This document shows, piece after piece, positions 41,305 to 50,555 of a DNA stretch of 64,000 bases. Numbering within the stretch: the stretch's first letter is position 1; each line of letters opens with the position of its first letter. The notes under the pieces are model-generated. The model saw only the letters and a program-made list of their open reading frames with translations, searched no databases and had not been told where the DNA came from. A program made the position numbers and the translations under genes. The stretch is from an uncultured Flavobacteriales bacterium (GTDB lineage Bacteria > Bacteroidota > Bacteroidia > Flavobacteriales_D > Sanyastnellaceae), in contig CALSQO010000001.1 of NCBI GenBank assembly GCA_943788495.1, positions 98,902 through 162,901 on the forward strand, in the 5' to 3' direction.

Positions 41305-41514
41305 TCAATGCCGCTCCATTTTTTTTCGAAAATACCGTCGGAACGCATACCAGGCCGCTGCGATCAGCGGCAAAACCACAAGTTGTTTCCTTTCTTCCCA
41401 ACCGTCTTCAAGGATGAACCACGTTGTCGCGATCGTGCAAGCAGCAATGACCAACAACCAGAATTTCTCTGCTGTTTTGTTGATTTTCACGAGTGTTTCT
41501 TGGTCCATGGCCAT
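41305..41514 (-). CDS. Small two-TM membrane protein (69 aa), hypothetical
   Basis: Two hydrophobic helices (FWLLVIAACTIATTWFIL, LVVLPLIAAAWYAF) and a basic C-terminus. Packed between the lptC-like and CorC genes. Confidence 0.35.
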   Translation of the reverse strand: MAMDQETLVKINKTAEKFWLLVIAACTIATTWFILEDGWEERKQLVVLPLIAAAWYAFRRYFRKKMERH

Positions 41515-41523
41515 GGATTCTAT

Positions 41524-42096
41524 TCAATTGAATTTTTCGGTTCCTTCCAAAATAATCTCTCCTTTTGGCTGGATGATTTGGTAGTTTTCAAAACGACCAT
41601 CGGACTCCAATCCCTCGCCTCGCAGTACTCCTTGCTCGCTGGTGATGGTGACGGGACGGTTGGTCCAAACGCGGTTGGAGTCTTCAGCCCAAACCAAGTA
41701 TTCGGTTTCCAAAACGTCACCTTTACGGTTGCTTAGGACCACCTCATGTTCCGCGACCAAGCGTAAGTTTTTTTCATCAAGCGAGGCCCACTGCGCTTGC
41801 AAATGGGCCTCATGATTGGCCTCATTTCCATCAATAAAAAGTTCCATTCCTTTCCGCACTTCCACGAGGTCTTCTGGCGATTCCGCGGACCCCCCTTCAA
41901 TGCGTGTCATTTCACCAGCCTTCAGCACATGAAGCGTATTGCCACGTTCTGAATAGGTGAAGGTGCCATTGATGACGCGCTGCATCGGAGGGTGCTCAGC
42001 TGCTTGGATTTCGGATACTTCTTGATCCGAATTGGAACAACCCGCTACGGCCAGAAAGGCGAGCGCTATTGGTGTGATCCAGCTCGGAACCATCAA
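41524..42096 (-). CDS. lptC: LptC-like LPS export periplasmic protein (lipoprotein-anchored)
   Basis: Lipobox ALAFLAVAGC, ~190 aa, beta-rich, located upstream of a CorC-family gene as is common in Bacteroidota. The assignment rests on size, position and composition only. Confidence 0.5.
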   Translation of the reverse strand: MMVPSWITPIALAFLAVAGCSNSDQEVSEIQAAEHPPMQRVINGTFTYSERGNTLHVLKAGEMTRIEGGSAESPEDLVEVRKGMELFIDGNEANHEAHLQAQWASLDEKNLRLVAEHEVVLSNRKGDVLETEYLVWAEDSNRVWTNRPVTITSEQGVLRGEGLESDGRFENYQIIQPKGEIILEGTEKFN

Positions 42097-42111
42097 GGTG
42101 TTCCTGTTGGT

Positions 42112-43521
42112 TTAGCGCACACGGATTGAAGTCTTTTCACCGCTGCAAGGACACCCCGAAATGGAAGGGATGGTGATTTCATCACCAACACTCTTTCCGA
42201 CGGTGAAAATCTCTTCGACACTCGGAAATTGCTTGCTATTGCTGTTGAGCTTTTTCCGTGCTTTCGCGGCTGTTTCCTCATCGCCTTTGTTCACCGCTCG
42301 CTGGTAGTAGTCACACGCTCGCAGGTAGGCAAGGCGGCTTCCTAGTGCTCCGTCGTTGCAATTTGAAGCGGCACCGGCGATGGCATCTCCAATCAACATC
42401 AGGGCGTCCGCACTTTCGCTATTGATGGCGAGCACTTGCTGCGCGTATTTTCGTGCAGCGGACGTCTTGCCCAAAAAGGAGGCAATCTTCCCTGTTTTCA
42501 AGAGATACATCTCCTTTTCAGCGCATTCCCCACAGAGGGCGACGGCCTGCTCCATGTAACTCAGGGCCTCCTTGAAATTTTCAACGTTCGCTTGCTCACC
42601 GCCAATGGCAAATGCGGAGGGGTGACTGGGCTCTTCAGCATGCACCGCTTCCGCCACCGGCAAATAAAGGTCATTGTCTGTGCAGTCTTTCTGATTCAGC
42701 AAGCGAAGGACCTTCTTCTTGAGGTCAAAATTGGCCGTGTCAGCCGCGATTTTTTCGCTCAAAACAGGCACCATGTCTTCGCACTGTGCAATGGCGATAA
42801 AAACCTTGTCAATGTTGGACTTTGCCTTTTCGTATTTCGCTGCATCCTTGGCATTGTCATTTGCTTTTGCCGTAGCTACCCCGGTTTCGATGTGGCCGAT
42901 GAGCATGAGGTATTCCGTGAGCATTTCGCCCAATCTTTCCCGTGCCTCGAGGTCATCTTCCATGGCTTTCATGGCATAGAATGAGGTGACGTAATAGGTG
43001 CTCAACGCTTTGGACCAGAGTGCGGCAGGGACTCCAGCGGTTATGGCGGAATCAGCACCCAGGCATTCAATGCTTTCTTTCAAGAGCGCCGTAGCTTCAG
43101 CCGACCCGGGCTTTTTGAAGATTTTGTACTGGTCCATTCCCTTTTGAGCCAGCACCATGCAATCGTTTTTCGGGTACTTTTTGGTCGCAGGGAAAAGCTC
43201 CATCCGCTGATCGTACAACAAGAAAATGCTGTCTGCAATGGAAGCTCTTCGGGCCTCATCTTCCGTCTTCTTCAACTGGTCATTGAGGAATGTTACTCCA
43301 TCGCGAAGAATGTTTTCGGTAGCCGTTAGCGGGCAAACATCGCAAGCTTTTTTCCATTGGATGTAAGCTTCGTCATAATTCTTCTGCTTCTTATAACTTC
43401 GGTAAACGCTAATGGCTTCTTTGCAAAGCAATTGTTGTTCGTCCGTTTCGCCGTAACGGTCTTGACCAAATGAGGCCAATGGCAGCATGAGTGCTGCGAG
43501 GAGGATGGTAACGAGTCTCAT
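42112..43521 (-). CDS. Secreted helical-repeat (TPR-like) protein, function unknown
   Basis: Signal MRLVTILLAALMLPLASFGQ. The sequence is alpha-helical and repeat-like, with many paired Cys. No catalytic motif recognised. Confidence 0.5.
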   Translation of the reverse strand: MRLVTILLAALMLPLASFGQDRYGETDEQQLLCKEAISVYRSYKKQKNYDEAYIQWKKACDVCPLTATENILRDGVTFLNDQLKKTEDEARRASIADSIFLLYDQRMELFPATKKYPKNDCMVLAQKGMDQYKIFKKPGSAEATALLKESIECLGADSAITAGVPAALWSKALSTYYVTSFYAMKAMEDDLEARERLGEMLTEYLMLIGHIETGVATAKANDNAKDAAKYEKAKSNIDKVFIAIAQCEDMVPVLSEKIAADTANFDLKKKVLRLLNQKDCTDNDLYLPVAEAVHAEEPSHPSAFAIGGEQANVENFKEALSYMEQAVALCGECAEKEMYLLKTGKIASFLGKTSAARKYAQQVLAINSESADALMLIGDAIAGAASNCNDGALGSRLAYLRACDYYQRAVNKGDEETAAKARKKLNSNSKQFPSVEEIFTVGKSVGDEITIPSISGCPCSGEKTSIRVR

Positions 43522-43538
43522 AATCTTTCTTGTCTATC

Positions 43539-45017
43539 TCAGTCATATAATCTAGGAACGAGCCAATTGTTATTGAAGAAAGGCATCAACGATACGCCCA
43601 GATTGAAGCGGTAGATGCGTTCTTCATAATTGCTGTTCTCTGTAAATCGTGTTCCAAATTCCATGCCGAAATGGATTCTGCTCAATGAGCGACTTCCCAC
43701 CAGTGGAATGGTTGCGCCTGCCGAGGCGGTTTGATACGCAATGGGTGCGCCATCAATTGTGAAGGGCTGATTGCCGGTCGCAAGGCCAAAACGGTAACTT
43801 GTCTTTCCCCAAGTGGGATGACGTTGCTCAGAGCGGCCAAGGTTGAATTGGAATCCCAACCGCAACGCTTCCGCATTGTCCCAGTTGACGCCGTCAGAAA
43901 GGAGCTCTTCTGCCATTTCATCCGCCACTTCGCTCCAGGCCGTTGTCGAATATTCGATGCCGGCGGACCAACGCATGCCGTCTGCCCGGTCGTAATGAAG
44001 GCTGACGCCTGCATTCGACGATCTTGGCATCCGTCCGGCGTACGCTGTTAAGGAGGAGAAGGCCGTGGTGTCCAAATTAACGGGGATGCCGCCTAAGGTT
44101 TGTGTGGTTTCATCCAATTGAGTGATGTCACTGCTCAATTTGGCCTCAGGAGTGAACACACCGCCGACTCGCAGCGCCAAGCTATTCTCAAATTCCCGGT
44201 CATTGTTATAACGAACCCGAATCAACTGGTCAAGAATCATTCCGATGTCGGTTGAAATACTGCGGTGCTGCGCGGTAACGTTGGCACGGTGATCGAGAAA
44301 TGTAGGGTCGACAATATCCATCGTCGACGATCGCTGCACTTGACCAAACAGGTATTGCGTTTGAATCCCCATGTGCAATGATCGATTGCTCACTCGTATG
44401 CTGTCCGACTCACCCGCAGCTATCATTCGTGATGAACGAAATACACGCGCCCAGCCTAGGTTAGCATTGCTCAATCCGCCTTCGCCGTTGTAACGTTCTT
44501 GAACGACCCCGATGCCTTCGATGTCATTGTTACGGGTGATGGCATATCCGGAATTGCTATAACTCGATGCGCCGAGGATCAGCGCATTCTTGCCGTTTTT
44601 GCGCTTCACTACGATGCCCATGGGCCCCGCAGCTCCAAAGGACGCGGTGGCGTCATTGTCCTCCCCTTGACGCATGGATAAATTGCTCATTATTCCCGAT
44701 CCCTGGAGGGTGGTTTGCGTGAGGAAAGTAGCCGAAGCCGGATTGCCCGGATTGAATTGATAAGCATTGGCCATGGCCGTTTCCATGCCTGCTAAACCAG
44801 TAGCAACAGGCGTGTTCATTTGATTGATTAGACCGAAACCAAAACGCGAATAGGGCGAAAATTCGCTTTGCTGTGAAAAGGCACTCAACGGCAGCATTGC
44901 GGCCAAACCCACGAGCATGAGACCCGCAATATTCGGGGTCCAAGCGGCCTTGCTCGGAATGTGCGTGCTACACGTGTTGGTCACGCTATAGGGATTAATG
45001 CTTTTGGACAAGGTCAT
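43539..45017 (-). CDS. Outer-membrane beta-barrel protein, FadL/TodX-like (putative)
   Basis: SPYSRFGFG...GLAGMETAMANAYQFNPGNPA resembles the N-terminal hatch region of FadL-type porins. The rest shows an alternating beta pattern. The start is uncertain: ATG 45017 overlaps coaX by 23 nt, and an alternative is ATG 44918. Confidence 0.45.
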   Translation of the reverse strand: MTLSKSINPYSVTNTCSTHIPSKAAWTPNIAGLMLVGLAAMLPLSAFSQQSEFSPYSRFGFGLINQMNTPVATGLAGMETAMANAYQFNPGNPASATFLTQTTLQGSGIMSNLSMRQGEDNDATASFGAAGPMGIVVKRKNGKNALILGASSYSNSGYAITRNNDIEGIGVVQERYNGEGGLSNANLGWARVFRSSRMIAAGESDSIRVSNRSLHMGIQTQYLFGQVQRSSTMDIVDPTFLDHRANVTAQHRSISTDIGMILDQLIRVRYNNDREFENSLALRVGGVFTPEAKLSSDITQLDETTQTLGGIPVNLDTTAFSSLTAYAGRMPRSSNAGVSLHYDRADGMRWSAGIEYSTTAWSEVADEMAEELLSDGVNWDNAEALRLGFQFNLGRSEQRHPTWGKTSYRFGLATGNQPFTIDGAPIAYQTASAGATIPLVGSRSLSRIHFGMEFGTRFTENSNYEERIYRFNLGVSLMPFFNNNWLVPRLYD

Positions 45018-45774
45018 TGAGAATTAGGTGAAATCCTTTCCAAGTGAGGTTTGGGTCGGCAAAAATGGGGTACGGAGTGCGGAGTTCCAAGCATTCGGCG
45101 TCCCCACCGGTCAATGCAACGCGAAAAGTTCCGAATTCGTTGCGGAAGGCTTCAACTCTTTCTTGCAATTCTGCGTTGGCACCTCCTACTGCGCCTGCGA
45201 GCAAGGCCTCAATGGTGTTGAGGCCAAGGTGAAGGCCAACGCCTTCCGTTGCCAACTCGCGCCAGTTTTCAGGATACGGAAGGTTCGCGGTACCCGCGTA
45301 CATGGATCGGAGTCGCAAATCAATCCCCGGTGCAATCGACCCGCCCATGAATTCACCGGATTCAATCCAATCTGCTGTGATGCAGGTCCCCGCATCGATG
45401 ATCAACCAATTCGAATCGGCATCTTCCGCGGTCACTGCGCGTGCGTTCGCGGCGCGATCGAGCCCCAAGGTTTCCATGGATTCGTAGGCAGTCGCCAGCT
45501 CCAGTGTCTCGGCATTTTCCAAATGAAACACACGCTGTGTTCCGGATTTGTCGTGCCTGTTTTGAGCGCACCAGTCGCTCCAAAATGCATTCAACTCACC
45601 AGAAGCAGCAATCAGCGCATGTGCAGGCAATTCGTCATCATTTGCTGATTGCATTGCGTGTTGCTCTGCATCATCATCCGATATGACTCCCACGAGGGAG
45701 TCACCTTCGAAAACCACAAGTTTCGTTCGAGTGTTGCCCACATCCACGATCCAATGTTCACTGTTGCTGCTCAT
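44995..45774 (-). CDS. coaX: Type III pantothenate kinase
   Basis: WIVDVGNTRTKLVVF and IIDAGTCIT motifs. ATG 45774 overlaps the gldD stop as ATGA; an alternative is ATG 45786. Confidence 0.85.
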   Translation of the reverse strand: MSSNSEHWIVDVGNTRTKLVVFEGDSLVGVISDDDAEQHAMQSANDDELPAHALIAASGELNAFWSDWCAQNRHDKSGTQRVFHLENAETLELATAYESMETLGLDRAANARAVTAEDADSNWLIIDAGTCITADWIESGEFMGGSIAPGIDLRLRSMYAGTANLPYPENWRELATEGVGLHLGLNTIEALLAGAVGGANAELQERVEAFRNEFGTFRVALTGGDAECLELRTPYPIFADPNLTWKGFHLILNDLVQKH

Positions 45775-46373
45775 GAAGCCTCCCATTTCAGTGTTTCAAT
45801 CAAATGCACAACGTCCTTCGTTACATGCTCCAATGCCGGAGCAATGCTGTCGGGATTGGGCACATGCAGAAAGTAAAGTGAACCTCTGAGAAAGTGATTG
45901 GCGCTATCGGTTGCGATGAATTGCAGCGGAGTGGCCGTAGGACCGGAAAGTTCATACAACAGGCCACTGACGTTGTTCTCTGGGAAATCAAATCGCTGAG
46001 CTGCAATTCCCGTGGCTTTGGCTTCATGCGCAAAAACCATCTTGTGTCCGTCCTCCATCATTCCCTGCAAGTGGCTTTCCGACTGCAATGGAATATAACT
46101 GCAGTGAACCTTTGCCCTGAACTGTGGAATGGAGACGTTGAACCAACAGTCCTCTGGTGATTGTCCTTGGACGACCAATTCGATTTTCGCATAATGCGGA
46201 ACATCAAATTCAGGCCCGCACGGATGGCTGTAAGGTTGGTAGGCGGGTTCTTGAATTGCAATGCGGTGGTAGCCTCGTGGTTTTGGCACCGGAGCATCGC
46301 GGCATGATGACACTGAAATGAGCGCCAAGAGGGCCATTGGAGCGATGTGCTTTGAGCTTAGTTCAATCCACAT
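45771..46373 (-). CDS. gldD: Gliding motility lipoprotein GldD
   Basis: Lipobox LALISVSSC followed by PKPRGYHRI; ~200 aa. Conserved mutY-ssb-gldE-gldD synteny known from Flavobacterium johnsoniae. Confidence 0.7.
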   Translation of the reverse strand: MWIELSSKHIAPMALLALISVSSCRDAPVPKPRGYHRIAIQEPAYQPYSHPCGPEFDVPHYAKIELVVQGQSPEDCWFNVSIPQFRAKVHCSYIPLQSESHLQGMMEDGHKMVFAHEAKATGIAAQRFDFPENNVSGLLYELSGPTATPLQFIATDSANHFLRGSLYFLHVPNPDSIAPALEHVTKDVVHLIETLKWEAS

Positions 46374-47721
46374 GGCCTACTTCTTGGTTTGGCAATGTCA
46401 ATTTGATCCGGAGCAATTTTCGCGGTGTCGCAGCGTCAATTTTCAATTCGACGCCCTCGAAGGCAATACTTTCACCACTGCGTAGGATTCTTCCTGCTTG
46501 TTCGGTTACAAAGCCGCCAAGGGTGTCGCTCTCGCCCTTGGCCGACTCCCAAGAATCATCCTCCAAGCCCATGATGCGATAGACATCAATTAGGGCAGTT
46601 TTGGCTTCGATGATGAAGGTGCGTTCGTCGAGGCGGGAATAGGCAATTTCCTCTGCGTCAAATTCGTCTGAAATTTCTCCGACGATTTCTTCCATGATGT
46701 CTTCGAGCGTTATGATTCCGCTTGTTCCGCCGTATTCATCAACGACAATGGCAATGTGTGTTTTCCGCTCTTGGAATTCACGCATGAGGTCGTCGATTTT
46801 CTTGTTTTCAGGCACGAAATACACAGGGCGAATCAATGATTGCCATGTAACTTCATTGTCCTGCAGATGAGGCAACAGATCCTTGGTGTGCAGAACTCCT
46901 TTGATCTCATCTTGTGAGCCACTGTGTACCGGTATTCGGGAGAATCCCGACTCAATGATTTGGGCCTTTAATTGTTCCCACGTCTCTTCAGAGGAAATGG
47001 CTTCCATGTCCGTGCGAGCCGTCATCACTTGCTTCGCATCTTTCGATCCCAAAGCGACGATGCCTTCGAGGATTCGTTGTTCTTCATCGCTCCGCTCATG
47101 ATCAGCGGTCAAATGAAGTGCTTGTTCCAAGTCTTCAACAGAGAGATCGGCAGCAGGCACTTCAACGCGTTTTCCAATCCAAGTGCCAAGCCGAACAAGG
47201 GGCTTCCAAATGGGCGAGATGAGTCGCCGAGCGACGAGCAGTGGACCGGCCATCAATTGTGCAAACTGGAGTCGGTTGTTGGTGGCATATACTTTCGGAA
47301 CGACCTCACCAAAGAGCAGAATTACAAAGGTGACAATGCCCACATGAACGGTCCAATACACCCAAGATTCGATGGATTCGGAGGGCAACATCCGTTCCAC
47401 AATCAAGGTCGAAATGAGAATGATGATGATGTTCACCAGGTTGTTGAGGACAAGAATCGTGGCGAGCAAATGGCGCGGCGCCCGGTCGGGGTCAGGACGT
47501 TGCAATAATTCCAATGCCCGTGAAGCGGCTGCAGAGTTGTTGTTGCTCTTTCGATTCTCCAACTCCTCAATGTCTGCGGGGGTCAGGCTAAAAAAAGCAA
47601 CCTCTGAACCGGAAACGAGTGCGCTGGCGATTAAGAGCAGTACAATGCAAATGGAAGGGACAATCCCACCACTTTGTCCGAGCTCAACAGCAAGTAATGC
47701 GGCAAGAATTGATGAATTCAA
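46363..47721 (-). CDS. gldE: Gliding motility-associated protein GldE (CNNM/CorC family: DUF21 + CBS + CorC_HlyC)
   Basis: Domain architecture plus position between ssb and gldD. Confidence 0.75.
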   Translation of the reverse strand: MNSSILAALLAVELGQSGGIVPSICIVLLLIASALVSGSEVAFFSLTPADIEELENRKSNNNSAAASRALELLQRPDPDRAPRHLLATILVLNNLVNIIIILISTLIVERMLPSESIESWVYWTVHVGIVTFVILLFGEVVPKVYATNNRLQFAQLMAGPLLVARRLISPIWKPLVRLGTWIGKRVEVPAADLSVEDLEQALHLTADHERSDEEQRILEGIVALGSKDAKQVMTARTDMEAISSEETWEQLKAQIIESGFSRIPVHSGSQDEIKGVLHTKDLLPHLQDNEVTWQSLIRPVYFVPENKKIDDLMREFQERKTHIAIVVDEYGGTSGIITLEDIMEEIVGEISDEFDAEEIAYSRLDERTFIIEAKTALIDVYRIMGLEDDSWESAKGESDTLGGFVTEQAGRILRSGESIAFEGVELKIDAATPRKLLRIKLTLPNQEVGHVD

Positions 47722-47761
47722 TGGCGTAGATTCCGTTCAACAATGCCTTCTAATGCCTGCA

Positions 47762-48256
47762 TTAAAAAGGAAGGTCGTCCGCGCTCGGTGCCGCCGTAGC
47801 GACCGCTTCTGGAGCAGATGTTTTGCCTTCGTTTTGGTCGGCGACTGAAGGGTTTTCAGCCGGTTGCGTCGGAGCAGTCGTTGTGTTGGACGCCGCACCC
47901 CCATTTCCTCCCGTATTGGTCCCGGGACGATCCAATAGTTGCATGACATCCGCAACCACCTCTGTGGTGTAGCGTTTCTGTCCTTGCTGGTCTTCCCAAG
48001 AACGGGTTTTGATTTTCCCTTCAATGAATACTTGTGACCCCTTCTTCAAGTATTTCTCAGCAGTTTCTGCCATGCCACGCCAGATGACAACATTGTGCCA
48101 TTCCGTCTGCGTGATTCGCTCCCCTGAATTTCGATCTTTGTACGTTTCGGACGTCGCCATTGGAAACGAACATACTGCCACTCCGTTGGGGGTGTAGCGC
48201 ATTTCAGGATCCTTTCCCAGGTTCCCTACAAGGATTGCTTTATTTACTCCTGCCAT
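47762..48256 (-). CDS. ssb: Single-stranded DNA-binding protein
   Basis: [20 protein letters not shown]-fold start, Gly/Pro/Thr-rich linker, acidic tip DDLPF. Confidence 0.95.
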   Translation of the reverse strand: MAGVNKAILVGNLGKDPEMRYTPNGVAVCSFPMATSETYKDRNSGERITQTEWHNVVIWRGMAETAEKYLKKGSQVFIEGKIKTRSWEDQQGQKRYTTEVVADVMQLLDRPGTNTGGNGGAASNTTTAPTQPAENPSVADQNEGKTSAPEAVATAAPSADDLPF

Positions 48257-48280
48257 GGTTCAAAAGTAAGCAACCGACGC

Positions 48281-49402
48281 TTAGGATAACCCGGGTAGTT
48301 GCATGGATTTCTCCAACTCTTCCCAATTTTTTTCGATGGCGCGAGGAATCGGGAGCTTTTGGGCTTCGGACCACGTCAGCCATTGGCCATTCGCCTCAGG
48401 GAACGCTGTTTCAGCCTGCCAAGCCTGAAAGTATACGCTTAGTTTTCGATGACTAAGAATGTGGTCAAACGCCTCGCCCATTTGACCTAGGTGACGAAGC
48501 GATTTGGAAGATGAGATAGGTGGCTGCTGAAGTTGCGGAGCCGTGGTTTGGGAAGTTTCCTCCCAATTCGAAGGGAATTCCCAGAGCTCGCCCCAAATGC
48601 CATTGCTGGGTCGCTGCCGCATGAGGACCAATTCTCCGCACACAACAACATGGAAAGTCAATGCAACTTGCTTGACTTTGGTTTTTCCGGCCTTCATGGG
48701 CAATGCTGGCGTTTGGCCTGGGATGGTGCATCGGCTACGGCAAGATTCGTGGATTGGACAAACGTCACAAGCAGGCGATTTCGGGGTGCAAACCAGTGCC
48801 CCCAATTCCATGACAGCTTGGTTGTGCATTCCGGGGTTTTTGATGTTCAGGAAAGTTTGTGCCAATTTTTCGATCGGCTTTTTGCCGGCGGGTTTGTCGA
48901 TTGGCTCTGCTATGCCGGCCCAACGGCTGAGCACACGGAGCGCATTTCCGTCCACGGCTGCAGTGGGATCTCCAAAGCAAATGGAGGCAATGGCCGCAGC
49001 TGTGTATGGACCAACGCCCGGAAGTGCCTGCCAGTCTTTCGCGGTTTTTGGGAGTTCAAGCTTCCATTCATGGACAACCACGTGTGCGGCTTTATGCAAG
49101 TTTCGCGCTCTGCTGTAATAACCAAGGCCTTGCCAAGCTTTCATGACTTCCTCAGAATTCGCAGCGGCCAAGGCTTCAAAGTTTGGCCACTGTGAGAGGA
49201 ATGAATTCCAATAGCGGGTGCCCTGTTCGATGCGTGTTTGTTGCATGATGATTTCGCACAACCAGGTCGCATAAGGCCGAGGAGATTCCCGCCACGGAAG
49301 GGGGCGTTGATTCGAAATGAACCAACGTTTGAGTTGTTCCCGGGCTTGGATGATTTCGTTTTTCGTGAAAATCTCGAAATTCTGCTCCATTATCCTGTTC
49401 AT
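48281..49402 (-). CDS. mutY: A/G-specific adenine DNA glycosylase
   Basis: HhH-GPD region (LPGVGPYTAAAI), 4Fe-4S Cys cluster CTPKSPACDVCPIHESC, C-terminal NUDIX-like domain. Confidence 0.9.
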   Translation of the reverse strand: MNRIMEQNFEIFTKNEIIQAREQLKRWFISNQRPLPWRESPRPYATWLCEIIMQQTRIEQGTRYWNSFLSQWPNFEALAAANSEEVMKAWQGLGYYSRARNLHKAAHVVVHEWKLELPKTAKDWQALPGVGPYTAAAIASICFGDPTAAVDGNALRVLSRWAGIAEPIDKPAGKKPIEKLAQTFLNIKNPGMHNQAVMELGALVCTPKSPACDVCPIHESCRSRCTIPGQTPALPMKAGKTKVKQVALTFHVVVCGELVLMRQRPSNGIWGELWEFPSNWEETSQTTAPQLQQPPISSSKSLRHLGQMGEAFDHILSHRKLSVYFQAWQAETAFPEANGQWLTWSEAQKLPIPRAIEKNWEELEKSMQLPGLS

Positions 49403-49419
49403 TTTAAATTGAATAACCC

Positions 49420-49427
49420 TATTTTTG
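49420..49427 (+). promoter_or_regulatory. Candidate Bacteroidota -7 promoter element (TAnnTTTG) for the HU gene
   Basis: TATTTTTG is an exact match to TAnnTTTG, 53 nt upstream of the HU ATG. There is no clean -33 TTG at the ideal spacing. Confidence 0.3.
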
Positions 49428-49480
49428 CACCCCTTTTCAGAGGATTTCGAAACATAAACGAGACAAACCTACTAAGCAAG

Positions 49481-49771
49481 ATGACCAAAGCGGATATTGT
49501 AAACCGGATTGCCCAAGAAACCGGGATGGAGAAAATGGATGTGCAATCTACTGTGGAGGCGTTCATGCGCTCTGTGCGTGATTGCGTGGAAAGTGGAGAA
49601 AATGTTTATCTGCGAGGGTTTGGAAGTTTTGTTGTGAAGACAAGGGCAGCCAAGACAGGCCGGAATATTCTCGCCAAGAAGTCCATTCAAATCCCAGCAC
49701 ATAACATTCCTTCATTCAAACCAGCGAAAGATTTCGTTGACAATGTGAAGGCGGGTGTCGCCGTCGACTAA
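49481..49771 (+). CDS. HU/IHF-family DNA-binding protein
   Basis: MTKADIVNRIAQETGM...VYLRGFGSFVVKTRAAKTGRN; 96 aa. The track's longer ORF from 49238 is an upstream extension. Confidence 0.9.
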   Translation: MTKADIVNRIAQETGMEKMDVQSTVEAFMRSVRDCVESGENVYLRGFGSFVVKTRAAKTGRNILAKKSIQIPAHNIPSFKPAKDFVDNVKAGVAVD

Positions 49772-49775
49772 TGCC

Positions 49776-50390
49776 ATGAGCCGCAGAACGGGACAAATCG
49801 CAACAATTGCATTGGGTGTGGGGTTGATTGGCTTCATCCTCTGGATGCCGAGAAAAGCGGAGTCGACTCAGGTTGTGCCCCCTACGGAGGTGGAGGGAGA
49901 ATTGCCAAGCAATGCGGATCCTGTGGATTTGGCCGTCGAAAAGGTTTCTGGACCGAACCCAATGGAAGGTATTCTCGCTTTGCGAGCCCTTGCTGAGGGA
50001 GATGAGCCCAACGTGGATGCCGTAGTTTGGTTGGGTATTTTCGGAGTGCAATCGGGGCAATTCGACAAGGCGCGCGAACGTTTTTCGGAAGCCTTGTCTT
50101 TGGAGCCAAGCCATTCAGAGGCCACCTGGCAGCTCGCAATGCTTGACATGGAAGAGGGGGCTTACGACCGTGCCGTGGTCGGTTTTGAAACGGTCATGGA
50201 TCAAGACTCGTCTTACGCCAATGGGTTGTTTTTCACGGCACGATGCTACGAAGCAATGGGGAAACTCGACGCTGCTCGCATTCGTTACCAAGAATACCTA
50301 CCTTACGCTCCTGACACAGTTATTGAGCAACGGGTATTAGACTTCATCACTAGATTAGACTCCGGCACATCAGCTGGAATTAACGAATAA
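49776..50390 (+). CDS. Membrane-anchored TPR-repeat protein
   Basis: N-terminal TM IATIALGVGLIGFILW, then TPR-like helices (A-x-W-L-G..., Y-x-x-A). ATG 49776. Confidence 0.55.
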   Translation: MSRRTGQIATIALGVGLIGFILWMPRKAESTQVVPPTEVEGELPSNADPVDLAVEKVSGPNPMEGILALRALAEGDEPNVDAVVWLGIFGVQSGQFDKARERFSEALSLEPSHSEATWQLAMLDMEEGAYDRAVVGFETVMDQDSSYANGLFFTARCYEAMGKLDAARIRYQEYLPYAPDTVIEQRVLDFITRLDSGTSAGINE

Positions 50391-50401
50391 ATATACAAGA
50401 C

Positions 50402-50491
50402 ATGCCAAGCGGTAAAAAACGCAAACGCCATAAGATGGCGACGCACAAGCGGAAAAAAAGGTTGCGCAAAAACCGTCACAAGAAGAAGTGA
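50402..50491 (+). CDS. 29-aa highly basic peptide resembling ribosomal protein bS22 (AURKAIP1/COX24-type)
   Basis: ATG 50402, TGA 50489-50491. It encodes MPSGKKRKRHKMATHKRKKRLRKNRHKKK, with 17 of 29 residues K or R. It is not in the ORF track because it falls below the size cutoff. Confidence 0.6.
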   Translation: MPSGKKRKRHKMATHKRKKRLRKNRHKKK

Positions 50492-50555
50492 TGTGCAGCT
50501 GGGGCGTTCTGTCCCGGCTCATATTTCACTTTTTCAGTGATCAACCGATTCCTGC

